Below, piece by piece: positions 41,356 through 51,354 of a DNA stretch of 64,000 nucleotides. This DNA comes from a plasmid: the sequence record NZ_CP104589.1; one strand, 5' to 3'. The notes beneath the pieces are model-generated. The model made no database searches, was not told the origin of the DNA, and worked only from the letters and a program-made list of their open reading frames with translations. A program made the translations under genes and the position numbers. Within the stretch, counting starts at the first letter, position 1. Every line of letters starts with the position of its first letter.

Positions 41356-41518
41356 CTGTGGGAGAGGCTGTGGGACGGATCATGCTGGCTGTATCAATAT
41401 CCAGCATCTACAATGCCTACAGCCAATATGTACACAGATAGATTATCTGTGTACATCAGCTGAAATTTCATGCCTCGTGCGGCCGAATACCCGCACGAAC
41501 AAAAGTTATGGATCGTCA

Positions 41519-41839
41519 ATGAGCAAAAACCTGATCGACGCCCTCAAGCACGCTTCTGAAGGCAATCCGCCTCATGCAGATTTGCTGCTGCAGGCGGCTG
41601 AGGCTCTTTCACTTCAGGCCACCGAGCGCGAATTGCTCGTGCGCCAAATTTCGCGTCAGCGTCAGCTGATCATTGATGATCGGTCACTGATCACCGAGAT
41701 GGAGCCTGTGCTGGCAGATGCCCGCGAGTTCCTCCGTCAGCATGGGCAAAACGTACTGGTCAACCGAGCCAGCGAATGCTTGCGTCATTACGATGCTTCG
41801 CTGGGCATCAAGCCGGAAAAGGCAGGTGAGCGAGCATGA
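41519..41839 (+). CDS. hypothetical protein
   Basis: ORF 41312-41839; internal start at MSKNLIDALK. Confidence 0.4.
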   Translation: MSKNLIDALKHASEGNPPHADLLLQAAEALSLQATERELLVRQISRQRQLIIDDRSLITEMEPVLADAREFLRQHGQNVLVNRASECLRHYDASLGIKPEKAGERA

Positions 41840-42225
41840 GTTATTTCGCGTGGAAAACGATTGGTGCCGACCGGGCTATTCGAGCAGTCGAGGCAGGCGC
41901 TGAAGTATGGGCTCTCCCAGCCGGTGGGTTTTTCTCGGGGGGGCATACCTACACCCACGGACTCATGACCAAGCGCGGAACGTGCTACGTAGTCAGCAAA
42001 ATGGTCATGCGTGCTGTCGAGAGCGCCCAGGCTTTGAAGTCTGATAAAGAGAACGCCCCAGATCAGGAGCGCTGGCCCCGGGCCAACCCCAAGCTGCTGG
42101 AGTCATTCGACCCAGCCACAAAGGTCTGCACCATGAACTGCGGACCACACGTCGACGACCCGCGCAGCATCGCAGAGCGAAAACTGCTCTGCACTGACTG
42201 TGATCTACGGAGTATTCAAGAATGA
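41836..42225 (+). CDS. hypothetical protein
   Basis: ORF; ATGA overlap. Confidence 0.4.
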   Translation: MSYFAWKTIGADRAIRAVEAGAEVWALPAGGFFSGGHTYTHGLMTKRGTCYVVSKMVMRAVESAQALKSDKENAPDQERWPRANPKLLESFDPATKVCTMNCGPHVDDPRSIAERKLLCTDCDLRSIQE

Positions 42226-42455
42226 GCACTACCTTTACCACCCTACCCGGCCTCCCCTCAGCATGCACTGACTGCGGTAGCGCTTCGCTGTTCTGGCAAG
42301 CCGGTAATATCGTCAAAAACGGTGTCCAGGACGGCCGGCTAAAGCTCAACGAGGTTCAATGCCAGTTCGTACTCGGGTGCGAGCGATGCTCTGAAACCTT
42401 GGCCGTGGTAAGTGCCGACCGTATGGCCGATATGCTGAATGGCGCTAAGGACTGA
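42222..42455 (+). CDS. small Cys-containing (zinc-ribbon-like) protein
   Basis: CTDCGS...CERC. Confidence 0.4.
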   Translation: MSTTFTTLPGLPSACTDCGSASLFWQAGNIVKNGVQDGRLKLNEVQCQFVLGCERCSETLAVVSADRMADMLNGAKD

Positions 42456-42466
42456 AGGAACCCCAA

Positions 42467-42973
42467 ATGACCCAGAAGGCCTCCATCTTGATCAGTTCCG
42501 AACCACTCAAGCCCTACCTTGATGCTGTCGAGCTGGCAGAGAAGAAGTGGGAAGCTGTAGGTGCTGCCTATGACGCAGCTCCGGCCGGGGAAAAAGGAAG
42601 TTATGCAGAACGGTTTCAGGATGCTGAGAGGGCCTATAACTCGGCATGCGTCCAGCTGGCGAGGTTCGTGGCGAGCGAGGTAGATGAAGCAAGGTCAGCT
42701 GAGCTGAAATCGTCAGCAGCATTGGTTCGCCCTGATCCAAAAATCTACAGCGCCAAGCTGACGCAGGGGCAGAACGCTGCACTGGCCCGTTATGAGGCAA
42801 TCTGTGGCCTTGAACCGGTGGATCTGGAGGCGTTTGATACCGGCCAAATCACCGCTTACGAGCTGTGGCAGAACAACCTGTTCCTATTGGAAAGCGTGCT
42901 GGGTGATGTCCAGAAAACTCACTTTCCAGTACCGCAGGAAGAGTCCATGGCCGCATGGGCCAAGGACGAATGA
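42467..42973 (+). CDS. hypothetical protein
   Basis: ORF with GGAAC RBS. Confidence 0.45.
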   Translation: MTQKASILISSEPLKPYLDAVELAEKKWEAVGAAYDAAPAGEKGSYAERFQDAERAYNSACVQLARFVASEVDEARSAELKSSAALVRPDPKIYSAKLTQGQNAALARYEAICGLEPVDLEAFDTGQITAYELWQNNLFLLESVLGDVQKTHFPVPQEESMAAWAKDE

Positions 42974-43299
42974 GCACCCATATGCAGAAAATTCCGGCTG
43001 GAGAAGGCCCGATGAGTGATGAAGCACAATGCGCGAGGTCCACTATGAGTCAGTTGGAACAGACCATCGTAGATCGCGCCAGAGCCCACCTGGCCGGCGT
43101 GAATGTCTTCTACATCCGAGCCAAAGCCGGTACCGCCGAAGAGGTAGATCGCCGGGGCTATGAACGCGACCATGCGGCCATGAATGCACTACTGGAGCTG
43201 GGCCACTGGCGTGACAGCGGCATGAGTGAAGCAGGCCGCAGTGCCCTGCTCGCAGTCGAGGTCGAGGCTGCCGTTGCCCTTCGGGACTACTGCTCTTAA
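42970..43299 (+). CDS. hypothetical protein
   Basis: ATGA overlap with the upstream gene. Confidence 0.4.
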   Translation: MSTHMQKIPAGEGPMSDEAQCARSTMSQLEQTIVDRARAHLAGVNVFYIRAKAGTAEEVDRRGYERDHAAMNALLELGHWRDSGMSEAGRSALLAVEVEAAVALRDYCS

Positions 43300-43355
43300 C
43301 GCTCTAGTCAGCTCCCTGTCCCTCCCCTCCAGCACCACCTTCCAGAAGGTATCTG

Positions 43356-44546
43356 ATGTCGAAACTCACCCCCAAATTCGTCAAGGAAGAATCCCAGCCA
43401 GGGGTATACCAGGACGGGCGAGGCCTGATCCTCCGAATCGCGGATACCGGCCGCAAGAGCTGGATATTCCGCTATTCCTTCCAAGGGAGCAGGCATGACC
43501 TGGCCCTGGGCACCTACCCTGCCCTTTCCCTACGCGATGCGCGCCTGGCAGCCGACAAGGAGCGGGTGACGATTTCCAGGGGAGAAAATCCGCTGGCAAT
43601 CCGCCAGGCTCAAAGGGGTGAGGCGACATCCAAGCGGCAATCGGCCAAGAGCTTCAAGGCAGTGGCAGAGCAGTTCATCAAGACCCACGCGCCTACCTGG
43701 AGCACAGGCTATGCCCGGGACTGGCGGTCGAGCATGCTGAACCATGTCTACCCTGTGATCGGTAAGTTGCCTCCGGCCGATATCGACACAGCGATGGTGC
43801 TGCGCGTCCTGGAGCCGATCTGGCTGACCATACCAACCACCGCTCAGCGCGTGCGGAATCGGATAGAGCTGGTACTGGATGCGGCCAAGGCGAAGGGTAT
43901 GCGTGATGGTGAGAACCCGGCCCGGTGGCGGGGCCACCTGGATAAGCTGCTGCCACGGCAACCAAAGAGCAAGGTGCCCTTCCCCGCTATTGAGTGGAAT
44001 CGGGCCCCCGCGGTCTACAGGGAAATTTCCTCCCTGGATGGGGTGTCAGCCCGGGCACTGGAGTTCCTGATGCTCACAGCATGTCGCAGCAAAGAGGTTC
44101 GCCTGGCCCAGTGGGATGAGATCGACCTGGAGGAGCGGATTTGGACGGTACCGGCGTCACGGATGAAGAATGGCAAGATCCATCGGGTACCACTGACAGA
44201 GGCCATGGTCAGCGTCATTGAGTCAGTTCGAGGGATTCATCCGCGCTGGCTGTTCAAGAAAACTTCGGGCGGTGGCCCGATCCCCGCGAATGCGCTGAGT
44301 CGTGTGCTTGAGCGCATAGACCTGGAGCAAGCAGTGCCCCATGGATTCAGGTCGACCTTTCGCACCTGGGCGGCTGAAGCGACTGACTTTCAGCGGGATG
44401 TTTGCGAGGTGGCCTTGGCTCATACCCTGCCTGACAAGGTAGAGGCCAGCTACAATCGTGCGGAATTTCTTGGCAAACGCCGTGCCCTGATGGAGGCCTG
44501 GTCAGGTTTCCTGGTACCCGCAGTACAGTGCAGCCAGGCCGCTTAG
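43356..44546 (+). CDS. int: P4-type tyrosine integrase (396 aa, N-terminal arm-binding DUF4102-like domain)
   Basis: ...GVYQDGRGLILRI...RYSFQG...; C-terminal R..HGFRSTFRTWAAE...LAH...Y. Confidence 0.9.
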   Translation: MSKLTPKFVKEESQPGVYQDGRGLILRIADTGRKSWIFRYSFQGSRHDLALGTYPALSLRDARLAADKERVTISRGENPLAIRQAQRGEATSKRQSAKSFKAVAEQFIKTHAPTWSTGYARDWRSSMLNHVYPVIGKLPPADIDTAMVLRVLEPIWLTIPTTAQRVRNRIELVLDAAKAKGMRDGENPARWRGHLDKLLPRQPKSKVPFPAIEWNRAPAVYREISSLDGVSARALEFLMLTACRSKEVRLAQWDEIDLEERIWTVPASRMKNGKIHRVPLTEAMVSVIESVRGIHPRWLFKKTSGGGPIPANALSRVLERIDLEQAVPHGFRSTFRTWAAEATDFQRDVCEVALAHTLPDKVEASYNRAEFLGKRRALMEAWSGFLVPAVQCSQAA

Positions 44547-45301
44547 CTGGCCTGCTGCATGGTGGCGCTAACAAGGGCGATGGTAGAGGTGGCGTCGAGC
44601 CATGGGGTGCTACGGCGGATCTGTAGCAGGAAGATGGAGGCGACGTAGAACACATCAGGCGCCTCAATCGGAACGGCTTTAACCCCCTGGCCTTTCTCGA
44701 AGACCTTCACGAACACCTTGCCGCCATCCTGCCGTTCCATTGAGAAGCCTTTGCTGTTGTCCTGGCCATGCGACTTGAACTCGCAGGACTTCCGCTTGCC
44801 AAGCAGGACTGCAGCGACAACCGGCAGCTCTGCCCGGGTCATCTGGATACGAACCTTTTTCTTCCAGTCGTAGGTCTTGGGACCGACAGATGCAGCCGCA
44901 TCCAGTGCAATGGTAGGTACACCGCCCCGCGTGGTGTCCTCCTCGAAGCACAGCGCGGCCCGGCCGCCGTAAACATGGAACTTTGCGCGCTCTTGCCCCT
45001 GAGGTTGTTCACCGCGATGACGGGGTGCCTGGTCATCATCATTGACCCGGCCCTCACCTTCGGATACTTCCGCTTGTTCTTCCGCGACCATCAAATCAGC
45101 ACCGGCTAACGCTTTGCGCACATAGTCCTGCGCAGCCGGGTTCGTCAGATTGTTTACGGCGCGAATAAGCGTAGCCCGGTCGGCATGCTGAAAGACCTCT
45201 GGCACCTTGGCTGGAGGGATTGGCGGAAAGTTGTGCGCGAGCAACTTGATGTTGATTTGCTGCAGGGTCACATTCTGCTCAGCAACTGCGTTTTTTGACA
45301 T
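44543..45301 (-). CDS. hypothetical protein (252 aa)
   Basis: ORF; converges on int. Confidence 0.5.
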   Translation of the reverse strand: MSKNAVAEQNVTLQQINIKLLAHNFPPIPPAKVPEVFQHADRATLIRAVNNLTNPAAQDYVRKALAGADLMVAEEQAEVSEGEGRVNDDDQAPRHRGEQPQGQERAKFHVYGGRAALCFEEDTTRGGVPTIALDAAASVGPKTYDWKKKVRIQMTRAELPVVAAVLLGKRKSCEFKSHGQDNSKGFSMERQDGGKVFVKVFEKGQGVKAVPIEAPDVFYVASIFLLQIRRSTPWLDATSTIALVSATMQQAS

Positions 45302-45415
45302 GACTGAACCTCAAAGCGTTTATTGCACTCTACTGAACGACTATGAAAACCCAATCGCTTGGGATTGTAAGAGTGAAGATTAAGTTTGTAGCAGGTCTAT
45401 AAGAGGAGAACCTGC

Positions 45416-45733
45416 ATGTTCAACACGCTTTCACATATCTGCTCGGTCAAAGAAATGTGCGGTGATTGCCCGTTCTTGAAGTCTACAACAGATCCAGCTG
45501 GGCTCAAGCTTCGCCGCCATCATTTAATTGAGATGCAGGCTGACTTATTGTATCGCCCTCATTGCAAATCAAAGGCATCGGAGCACGATTACGGTGATCA
45601 TCCGCTCTGTCGCGGTTCGGCTGTATACATGGTCAAGACGGGGCGAATCAATGCTGTTTTGAAGCTCGCTTTCGATCACGGTGTAATGTCGAAGAGCGAC
45701 CTGGCCAATGAAGCTGACCTGGTTATTGATTGA
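45416..45733 (+). CDS. hypothetical protein
   Basis: ORF followed by a terminator. Confidence 0.4.
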   Translation: MFNTLSHICSVKEMCGDCPFLKSTTDPAGLKLRRHHLIEMQADLLYRPHCKSKASEHDYGDHPLCRGSAVYMVKTGRINAVLKLAFDHGVMSKSDLANEADLVID

Positions 45734-45750
45734 TCTGATTGCTACATAGA

Positions 45751-45780
45751 AAAGGCCAGCAATTAGCTGGCCTTTTTTGT
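45751..45780 (+). terminator. rho-independent terminator
   Basis: AAAAGGCCAGC-aatta-GCTGGCCTTTTTT. Confidence 0.55.
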
Positions 45781-45984
45781 TGGGCTTGGTGTCGGGATTC
45801 TGCAGCTTTTGCGATTTAGAATTTCCGCGTCGCTAGGCCTTGTATGATCAAAGTTGAAAGATCCATCATCGAAATGCTCAAGGTATCCCCATTCAACATC
45901 ACGATCAGATTGACCTGGCTCAGGTCGGGTGGCCCACCAGGGCTCCCGGCTGATCAAATTTGGCATGACCCATCACCTCGCTCT

Positions 45985-46341
45985 TTAGCTCTGCAGCCAA
46001 CCCTCGACAACATCAGAACCGAATTCTTGCTTCCATGCCTTCAGTTGCTTGTGGTTGCCGCCCTTGGTTTCAATGCGTTCACCGTTGTTCGGGTTGATGT
46101 AGACCTTCACCTTGCGCCCGGCCCGAGGCGTTTTGGCCGGGGCTGCGGTGCGCATTGCCTGGGGGTCCAGGATGTTGATGATGTCCTTCAGCGACTTATT
46201 ATAGTCGGCCATCAGAGCACGCAACTGCTTCTCGAACTCGATCTCTTTCAGCAAGCGATCATCCTTGCTCATTTGATCCAGGCGGGCCTGCAGCTCTTTC
46301 AGGGCTACTTCGGTTTCACGGTACTCGTTGATAAGCGACAT
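45985..46341 (-). CDS. mvaT: MvaT/MvaU-family (H-NS-like) xenogeneic silencer
   Basis: MSLINEYRETEVALKELQ...KVKVYINPNNGERIETKGGNHKQLKAWK closely matches MvaT. Confidence 0.85.
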   Translation of the reverse strand: MSLINEYRETEVALKELQARLDQMSKDDRLLKEIEFEKQLRALMADYNKSLKDIINILDPQAMRTAAPAKTPRAGRKVKVYINPNNGERIETKGGNHKQLKAWKQEFGSDVVEGWLQS

Positions 46342-46538
46342 GCTGATTCCTTAATTGTTGATGACCTTAGACTAGGGACCACCCAAATATAAATTATTGC
46401 CCAGAAAGCGCAATGGTTCAGCTGCTGGCAATCAGAAGATTCATAAAGGCATAGCCTGCGAGCACGCCCCCCGATGCGAAAAATCCATAGAACCCGACCT
46501 TTGCCAGTTGTGCTTTTACTTTCATAGTCTTTACGAGA

Positions 46539-47075
46539 TCAGCTCTCGTCCTCCAGTTTTTGAATATTTTCCTGCAGCAGCTTGAGCGCTACTGCGGTAG
46601 CTTTTGAAGCTTCATGAAATTTCTTGAAAAGGCTCTCTTTCCCTTCGAGGAGCGAGTCGAGCTTGTTGTTCTCTTTGCGGAGAACCTTGGCGATGCTTTC
46701 AAAGTCCATGCCTTCCTCTGGCTGCTGACCACTCAGCTTCATGTCCAGGGCTGCACTTTGTTTGTTGATTAGATCCCGAACACGGTCACGTTGCGCCTGG
46801 CTTAGTGTTTCGTGGCCCGTGATGCACTCATAAAGCTTTACGACATCACGGGTTGATTTCTTCAATGCATCGCAGTGGCTTTTATAATCATCGCCCGTGT
46901 TAGCCGAATTGCCACTATTTTCATCGCTTGCCGGCGAGGTGGATTGGCTTGCCACCTCTTCCAATTGCACCTGGCCAGCCTGGTCGTTCTGCCGGAAGAA
47001 ATCAGATTCTTTAATGCTGTTGTTTGCTGCAGTGTTCATGTCTGGCTCTCTGTTGGTGGTCGATAGGTCTATCAA
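46539..47075 (-). CDS. hypothetical acidic coiled-coil protein
   Basis: ORF; low GC. Confidence 0.4.
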   Translation of the reverse strand: MIDLSTTNREPDMNTAANNSIKESDFFRQNDQAGQVQLEEVASQSTSPASDENSGNSANTGDDYKSHCDALKKSTRDVVKLYECITGHETLSQAQRDRVRDLINKQSAALDMKLSGQQPEEGMDFESIAKVLRKENNKLDSLLEGKESLFKKFHEASKATAVALKLLQENIQKLEDES

Positions 47076-47105
47076 AACACCCTTCAGAAAATACCCAACA
47101 GGCCA

Positions 47106-48011
47106 TCAGAAATTTTTTCTCAGCGCTCGTGCCTGGAGCTTTGGGAGTAGCTGCGACATGGCCTGAGCAGTAAAAAGCAGCAGCTGAATATCCAGCCCGT
47201 CTTCAACTTCATCCAGGATCTGGCCGACCAGGGTTTCAGGTTCATACCCCTCTTCCATAGCCTCGTTGGCCAACTCGAACATCCTGAGTGTTGCCGGCGG
47301 CTTCTTGTAGGATTCCTTGTACTGATCGCTGTATGCCGTGATGGTAGATGGAACCGCCGCCTCTGGGATGTCCACGGCCGGGCTCATCTCGGTGCTATCA
47401 ATGCATTCCGTCATCTCAACGGCCTTTGGCTTCGTCTTTTTCGCTGGCCTGGATTCTGCGCGTATATCCCGCACTGCAGCGCATATTGCTTTGGCGCCCT
47501 CCTCGCACAGTTCGCGCTGCGTCTCTGCATCCAGTTTGCACAGCAGCTCGGCAGCTGAAATGCTCACCTCCCCTTCCTTGACCGCGTGCAGCAGCTCCGG
47601 AACAGCCTCTCTAACCACCTTGCACGCTGACGATATTGATCGAGGACTTACCGCCATCACCTTGGCAGCCTCGTCGAGATTGAGAGGTGTCGAGGTGTCT
47701 GTTGCTTTCAGGGAGGAAAATTCCGCTGCGATAAGGGCGCGCTGGGCTACGTTGAGCTGCCGGCGATACAGGTTGAGGGACATGACGTGCCCAAGCGGGT
47801 CCGACCCTGTGTAGTGCTCGACAGTTGGCTCGATGTCGAGCTCAACACAACAACGATATCGGTTCCGGCCGTCGAGGATTTTACCCTCGTGCAGGATTAC
47901 CGGCTCCCGCTGGCCCTTGGCCTCGATGTCAGATTTGAGCGATGCGAATTCTTCGCCGGTGATAAGCGGGAAAATCTGAGAGAACGGATGGAAGTCGTAA
48001 TGGGTAACCAT
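47106..48011 (-). CDS. ParB/Srx-like nuclease-domain protein (301 aa)
   Basis: N-terminal ...REPVILHEGKILDGRNRYRCCVEL... is the ParB N-domain pattern. Confidence 0.65.
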   Translation of the reverse strand: MVTHYDFHPFSQIFPLITGEEFASLKSDIEAKGQREPVILHEGKILDGRNRYRCCVELDIEPTVEHYTGSDPLGHVMSLNLYRRQLNVAQRALIAAEFSSLKATDTSTPLNLDEAAKVMAVSPRSISSACKVVREAVPELLHAVKEGEVSISAAELLCKLDAETQRELCEEGAKAICAAVRDIRAESRPAKKTKPKAVEMTECIDSTEMSPAVDIPEAAVPSTITAYSDQYKESYKKPPATLRMFELANEAMEEGYEPETLVGQILDEVEDGLDIQLLLFTAQAMSQLLPKLQARALRKNF

Positions 48012-48107
48012 GGCTAGATACCGAGAGGTTGGATGCCCCTACGGTACCGAACGGCAGCGCGCCATGGCGGGCTAGACCTACAACTTTTTTGCATGTTTTG
48101 CAGGCAT

Positions 48108-48137
48108 GAAAAAAACCGCCGATTGGCGGTTTTTTCA
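48108..48137. terminator. bidirectional rho-independent terminator
   Basis: AAAAAAACCGCC-gatt-GGCGGTTTTTTC. Confidence 0.5.
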
Positions 48138-48386
48138 AAGCATCTGATCTTTCAAGGACTCGATCAACTTTTCGAGCTCTTCCGGGTCTGGGTCGGTTTT
48201 CACGAATCGCATGGTTTTGTCCGAAAGCACCTCCATGACACCCCAGGCAATATCGTGCAAATCCTGCCCTGGCTCGGGCGGGTTTTCCCAGTATATGAAC
48301 GAGCGAACAACGAGTGGCTCTGTTTTTTTCTTCATCGCATGCATCTCGGATTCCCTGGTGCGGGACGCATCAACTAATGGTTTCAT
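48135..48386 (-). CDS. hypothetical protein
   Basis: ORF. Confidence 0.4.
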   Translation of the reverse strand: MKPLVDASRTRESEMHAMKKKTEPLVVRSFIYWENPPEPGQDLHDIAWGVMEVLSDKTMRFVKTDPDPEELEKLIESLKDQML

Positions 48387-48734
48387 TGTATGCGAATCAC
48401 CAATTTTCGGTAATTACATCTGTGTAATTTGGTGAAATAATTCTCCACGATTGTCATGGATCAATAAGTATCAGCGATATTGACAGGGCCATCAGAGTCT
48501 TGATTCAGCTAAATTGAGGCTGCCATCGCAACCTCAAGAATCCACTTCAGCTGGAAGGCCGCATGTCCATCACTACCTTCAGGCCTGGATAGTGCTTTTC
48601 TGCCTGCTCCGTATCCTGGATCAGTTCGATCAGCTGCGAAGGAGTCGGTATTTCGTGCTGCATAACCCGCCCCCCTTCTCAATGACTCGCAAGCGCGAAC
48701 GCTTGGGTGCTGCGGCTAATCCAGGTGTTCAATT

Positions 48735-49073
48735 CTATGCTGCTGCAACCTTGTCGGCTGCAGCCATGATCGAGTCAATCATGCGAGCATGGGCGCTGAT
48801 CAGTTGATTTCGGCTTTGAAGCAGAAATGCCTTGGCGTCTGCAGCGCACTTGCACCAGTGATCAGTGATTACAGCGTATTGCTCGACACTTGTGCTGTGG
48901 GTCAAGTCAGCAGCCTTGATCATCGGGAGGCTCGCGTAATGGTCAAAGCCGTTGCGAGACGGGGCGTGCAGTGTTTCGACGTTGGCGCTGGAAATGTTCA
49001 TGGTTCCCTCCAATGTTCTTGATCGCGGCATCTTGCCATCAATGTCAAGCGAATGGCGTGTGAATTCTGCCAC
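48735..49073 (-). CDS. hypothetical protein
   Basis: ORF; start uncertain. Confidence 0.35.
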   Translation of the reverse strand: MAEFTRHSLDIDGKMPRSRTLEGTMNISSANVETLHAPSRNGFDHYASLPMIKAADLTHSTSVEQYAVITDHWCKCAADAKAFLLQSRNQLISAHARMIDSIMAAADKVAAA

Positions 49074-49177
49074 ATTCTTGTCGATTTAAGATGCTTTGCG
49101 GAATGAGAATTATTCGACATGATTCTCGTTAAGCAGCCAGGGGGCAAACTAAGAAGGCCAGCTTTCGCTGGCCTCTA

Positions 49178-49717
49178 TTACTCGTATGCCTCGGAGGCCG
49201 AGGCCATCCGTGCTGCGTTGAACTTCTCAGTCCTGTACCCCAGTGTCATTTCCTTGCTGAACAATGGGGCATGCAATGTGATTTGGCCGAACTCGAAAAC
49301 GAACAAGCTGCTTTTGCTCCCCTTGATCGGGTCGTTTGTGTTCTTGAACTCGAAGCGGCCTGAAAGTTGATTGAATGCGTTCTCGTACTGATCTGCAGCA
49401 AGAGTAAACCAGGCGGCATCAAGAACATTCGCCTTGTCGAAAGCCAGGATCATGCAGGCGATATCGCCGTATTCCTCGTACCGCGGAACAACCTGGACAA
49501 TAGCCCCCCCTGTGAAGCCCTTCCCCTGGTCGCAGGTGATGACGAACTCATCCTCCAACTCTTCGATGGTGGTGCGGCCAAGCCTGAGGCCGAAGGGTGC
49601 ATCTAATTGCTCTGGAGCTACGCCCAGCAGCGTGCTGATGCAAGTGTTAGCCAAGACGGCGACGGTCATCATGGTTCCTCGGATGTTAGACAGTGTGCAA
49701 ATTCTCCTGTGCTGCAA
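49178..49717 (-). CDS. hypothetical protein
   Basis: ORF. Confidence 0.4.
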   Translation of the reverse strand: MQHRRICTLSNIRGTMMTVAVLANTCISTLLGVAPEQLDAPFGLRLGRTTIEELEDEFVITCDQGKGFTGGAIVQVVPRYEEYGDIACMILAFDKANVLDAAWFTLAADQYENAFNQLSGRFEFKNTNDPIKGSKSSLFVFEFGQITLHAPLFSKEMTLGYRTEKFNAARMASASEAYE

Positions 49718-49966
49718 CCGTGGTGTGTTGGGTTAATAAGCAAGATTCTTGTCGGTTTTAATTTTTGTGCTGCATCCACACTAATGTCGAACGCGCTCCG
49801 TTTTGGCAGCACTGGCGCATAATCTTGCACGTCAATGCTTGCGCGTCGTCACAAGGCATCCGTTTTGGCAGCGCGACACAGATTTTGACTTTCAACAGCT
49901 CTAGTTATCGCGACCCTGCTGCCGCTACTCGTCCAATTCGGCAACAGCTTTGATCCATGCTCTCGG

Positions 49967-50330
49967 CGGGCGATTTCACGGTGAAATTTGGCAGAAGGGT
50001 GGCCAGGCGATTTCACGGTGAAATTTGGCAGAAGGGTGGCCATGCGATTTCACGGTGAAATTTGGGGGAAGGGCCGGGCGATTTCACGGTGAAATTTGGG
50101 AGAAGGGTGTCCGGGCGATTTCACGGTGAAATTTGGGAGAAGGCTGGCCATGCGATTTCACGGTGAAATTTGGGAGAAGGGTGGCCAGGCGATTTCACGG
50201 TGAAATTTGGGAGAAGGGTGTCCGGGCGATTTCACGGTGAAATTTGGGAGAAGGGTGGCCATGCGATTTCACGGTGAAATTTGGGGGAAGGGCCGGGCGA
50301 TTTCACGGTGAAATTTGAAATCCAGGGGCA
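49967..50330. repeat. centromere-like array: 10 tandem repeats of about 40 bp, each with the palindrome ATTTCAC-GG-TGAAAT (sopC/parS-like)
   Basis: GCGATTTCACGGTGAAATTTGG(G/C)AGAAGGGTGGCCAG repeated 10 times, immediately downstream of parB. Confidence 0.75.
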
Positions 50331-50344
50331 TTGCGCCCCTGGCG

Positions 50345-51334
50345 TCAGGAGTCGGAAACAGAGCCCAGGGCTTTGAGGATTGCCGCTTCAACCGCTTCGA
50401 GGTCTGCACCCTTGGGTAGCTTCAAACTGATGCTGTCTTTACGGCGAACCATCGTTGCAGCGCCAAGCTGGCCAAAGCTAAAACTCGTTGGGGCTGGATG
50501 GTGTGCCTTATCGCCGGGCTGCCCGTGGATCTTCCCTTTGATCCAGCGAAGAGCCACCTCTTGGGAGATGCCCTCCTGCTCGATTTTTGTCAGGGCGTCC
50601 AACACGAGATCGGGATGACTCTGGCCTATGTCTACAAACTCGGAGACATGCTTTACGCCAAGCGTCGCAGGGTTCTGCTCAAGGAACTTAATGCAGGCCG
50701 GCGGTAGCTTCATAAAGGCCAGGCAGCGATTAACAGTTGGAGCGCTGGAGCCGGTACGGTCTGCAAGAGTTTTCGCCGTCTTGATCTTCCCTGTGGCAAG
50801 AATTCTGGAGTATGAGCGGCCCTTCTCAAAGTCAGTCAGATCCTTGTGACCCTCGTTGTCGGTGACCGCAAGAATCTCGGCCTCTGCATCGTCAACATCT
50901 ACGATCCTGGCAGGCACAGTAGGCCATCCAAGAGAACGAACCGAGCGTAGTCTGGTGGCACCGCCTATCAACTCATAACGACCGTTATCTTTCAGGCGCA
51001 ATAGGAGAGGGCGGTTCACTCGGCCGGCTACAGCAATAGCTGTCGTGTTCCGTTCTTGCTCTTCATCACTGATGCCAAGACGCGGTTGGAAAAGCGGGTC
51101 GTCGATCAGATCAACCGGAACCTCTTGAAGCTGAGCGCTGGGAGTAGAGGAGGGAAGGGTGCGATTATGCGTCTCGGCTTCCGGCTCCAATGGAACTCTG
51201 TCCTCATCTTGCGAGGCTAGAATATCGTCGATGCTGACATTGAGGTTCGGGGTCGGGAAAGTATCGCGAACAGGCACCCCCTGGAATACTTTCGGGGCAT
51301 CCTTTTTCCCTAGCGGCCTTGGTTCTTTAGGCAT
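50345..51334 (-). CDS. parB: partition protein ParB (SopB-like)
   Basis: ParB-domain ...LIGGATRLRSVRSLGWPTVPARIV... (GxxR motif) and HTH. Confidence 0.85.
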   Translation of the reverse strand: MPKEPRPLGKKDAPKVFQGVPVRDTFPTPNLNVSIDDILASQDEDRVPLEPEAETHNRTLPSSTPSAQLQEVPVDLIDDPLFQPRLGISDEEQERNTTAIAVAGRVNRPLLLRLKDNGRYELIGGATRLRSVRSLGWPTVPARIVDVDDAEAEILAVTDNEGHKDLTDFEKGRSYSRILATGKIKTAKTLADRTGSSAPTVNRCLAFMKLPPACIKFLEQNPATLGVKHVSEFVDIGQSHPDLVLDALTKIEQEGISQEVALRWIKGKIHGQPGDKAHHPAPTSFSFGQLGAATMVRRKDSISLKLPKGADLEAVEAAILKALGSVSDS

Positions 51335-51354
51335 GAAATTCTCCTTTAATTCAG

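Noticed and set aside
49967-50330. Possible CRISPR array
   Set aside because: The repeats are contiguous with no spacers and lie directly downstream of parAB. This is a centromere-like array.
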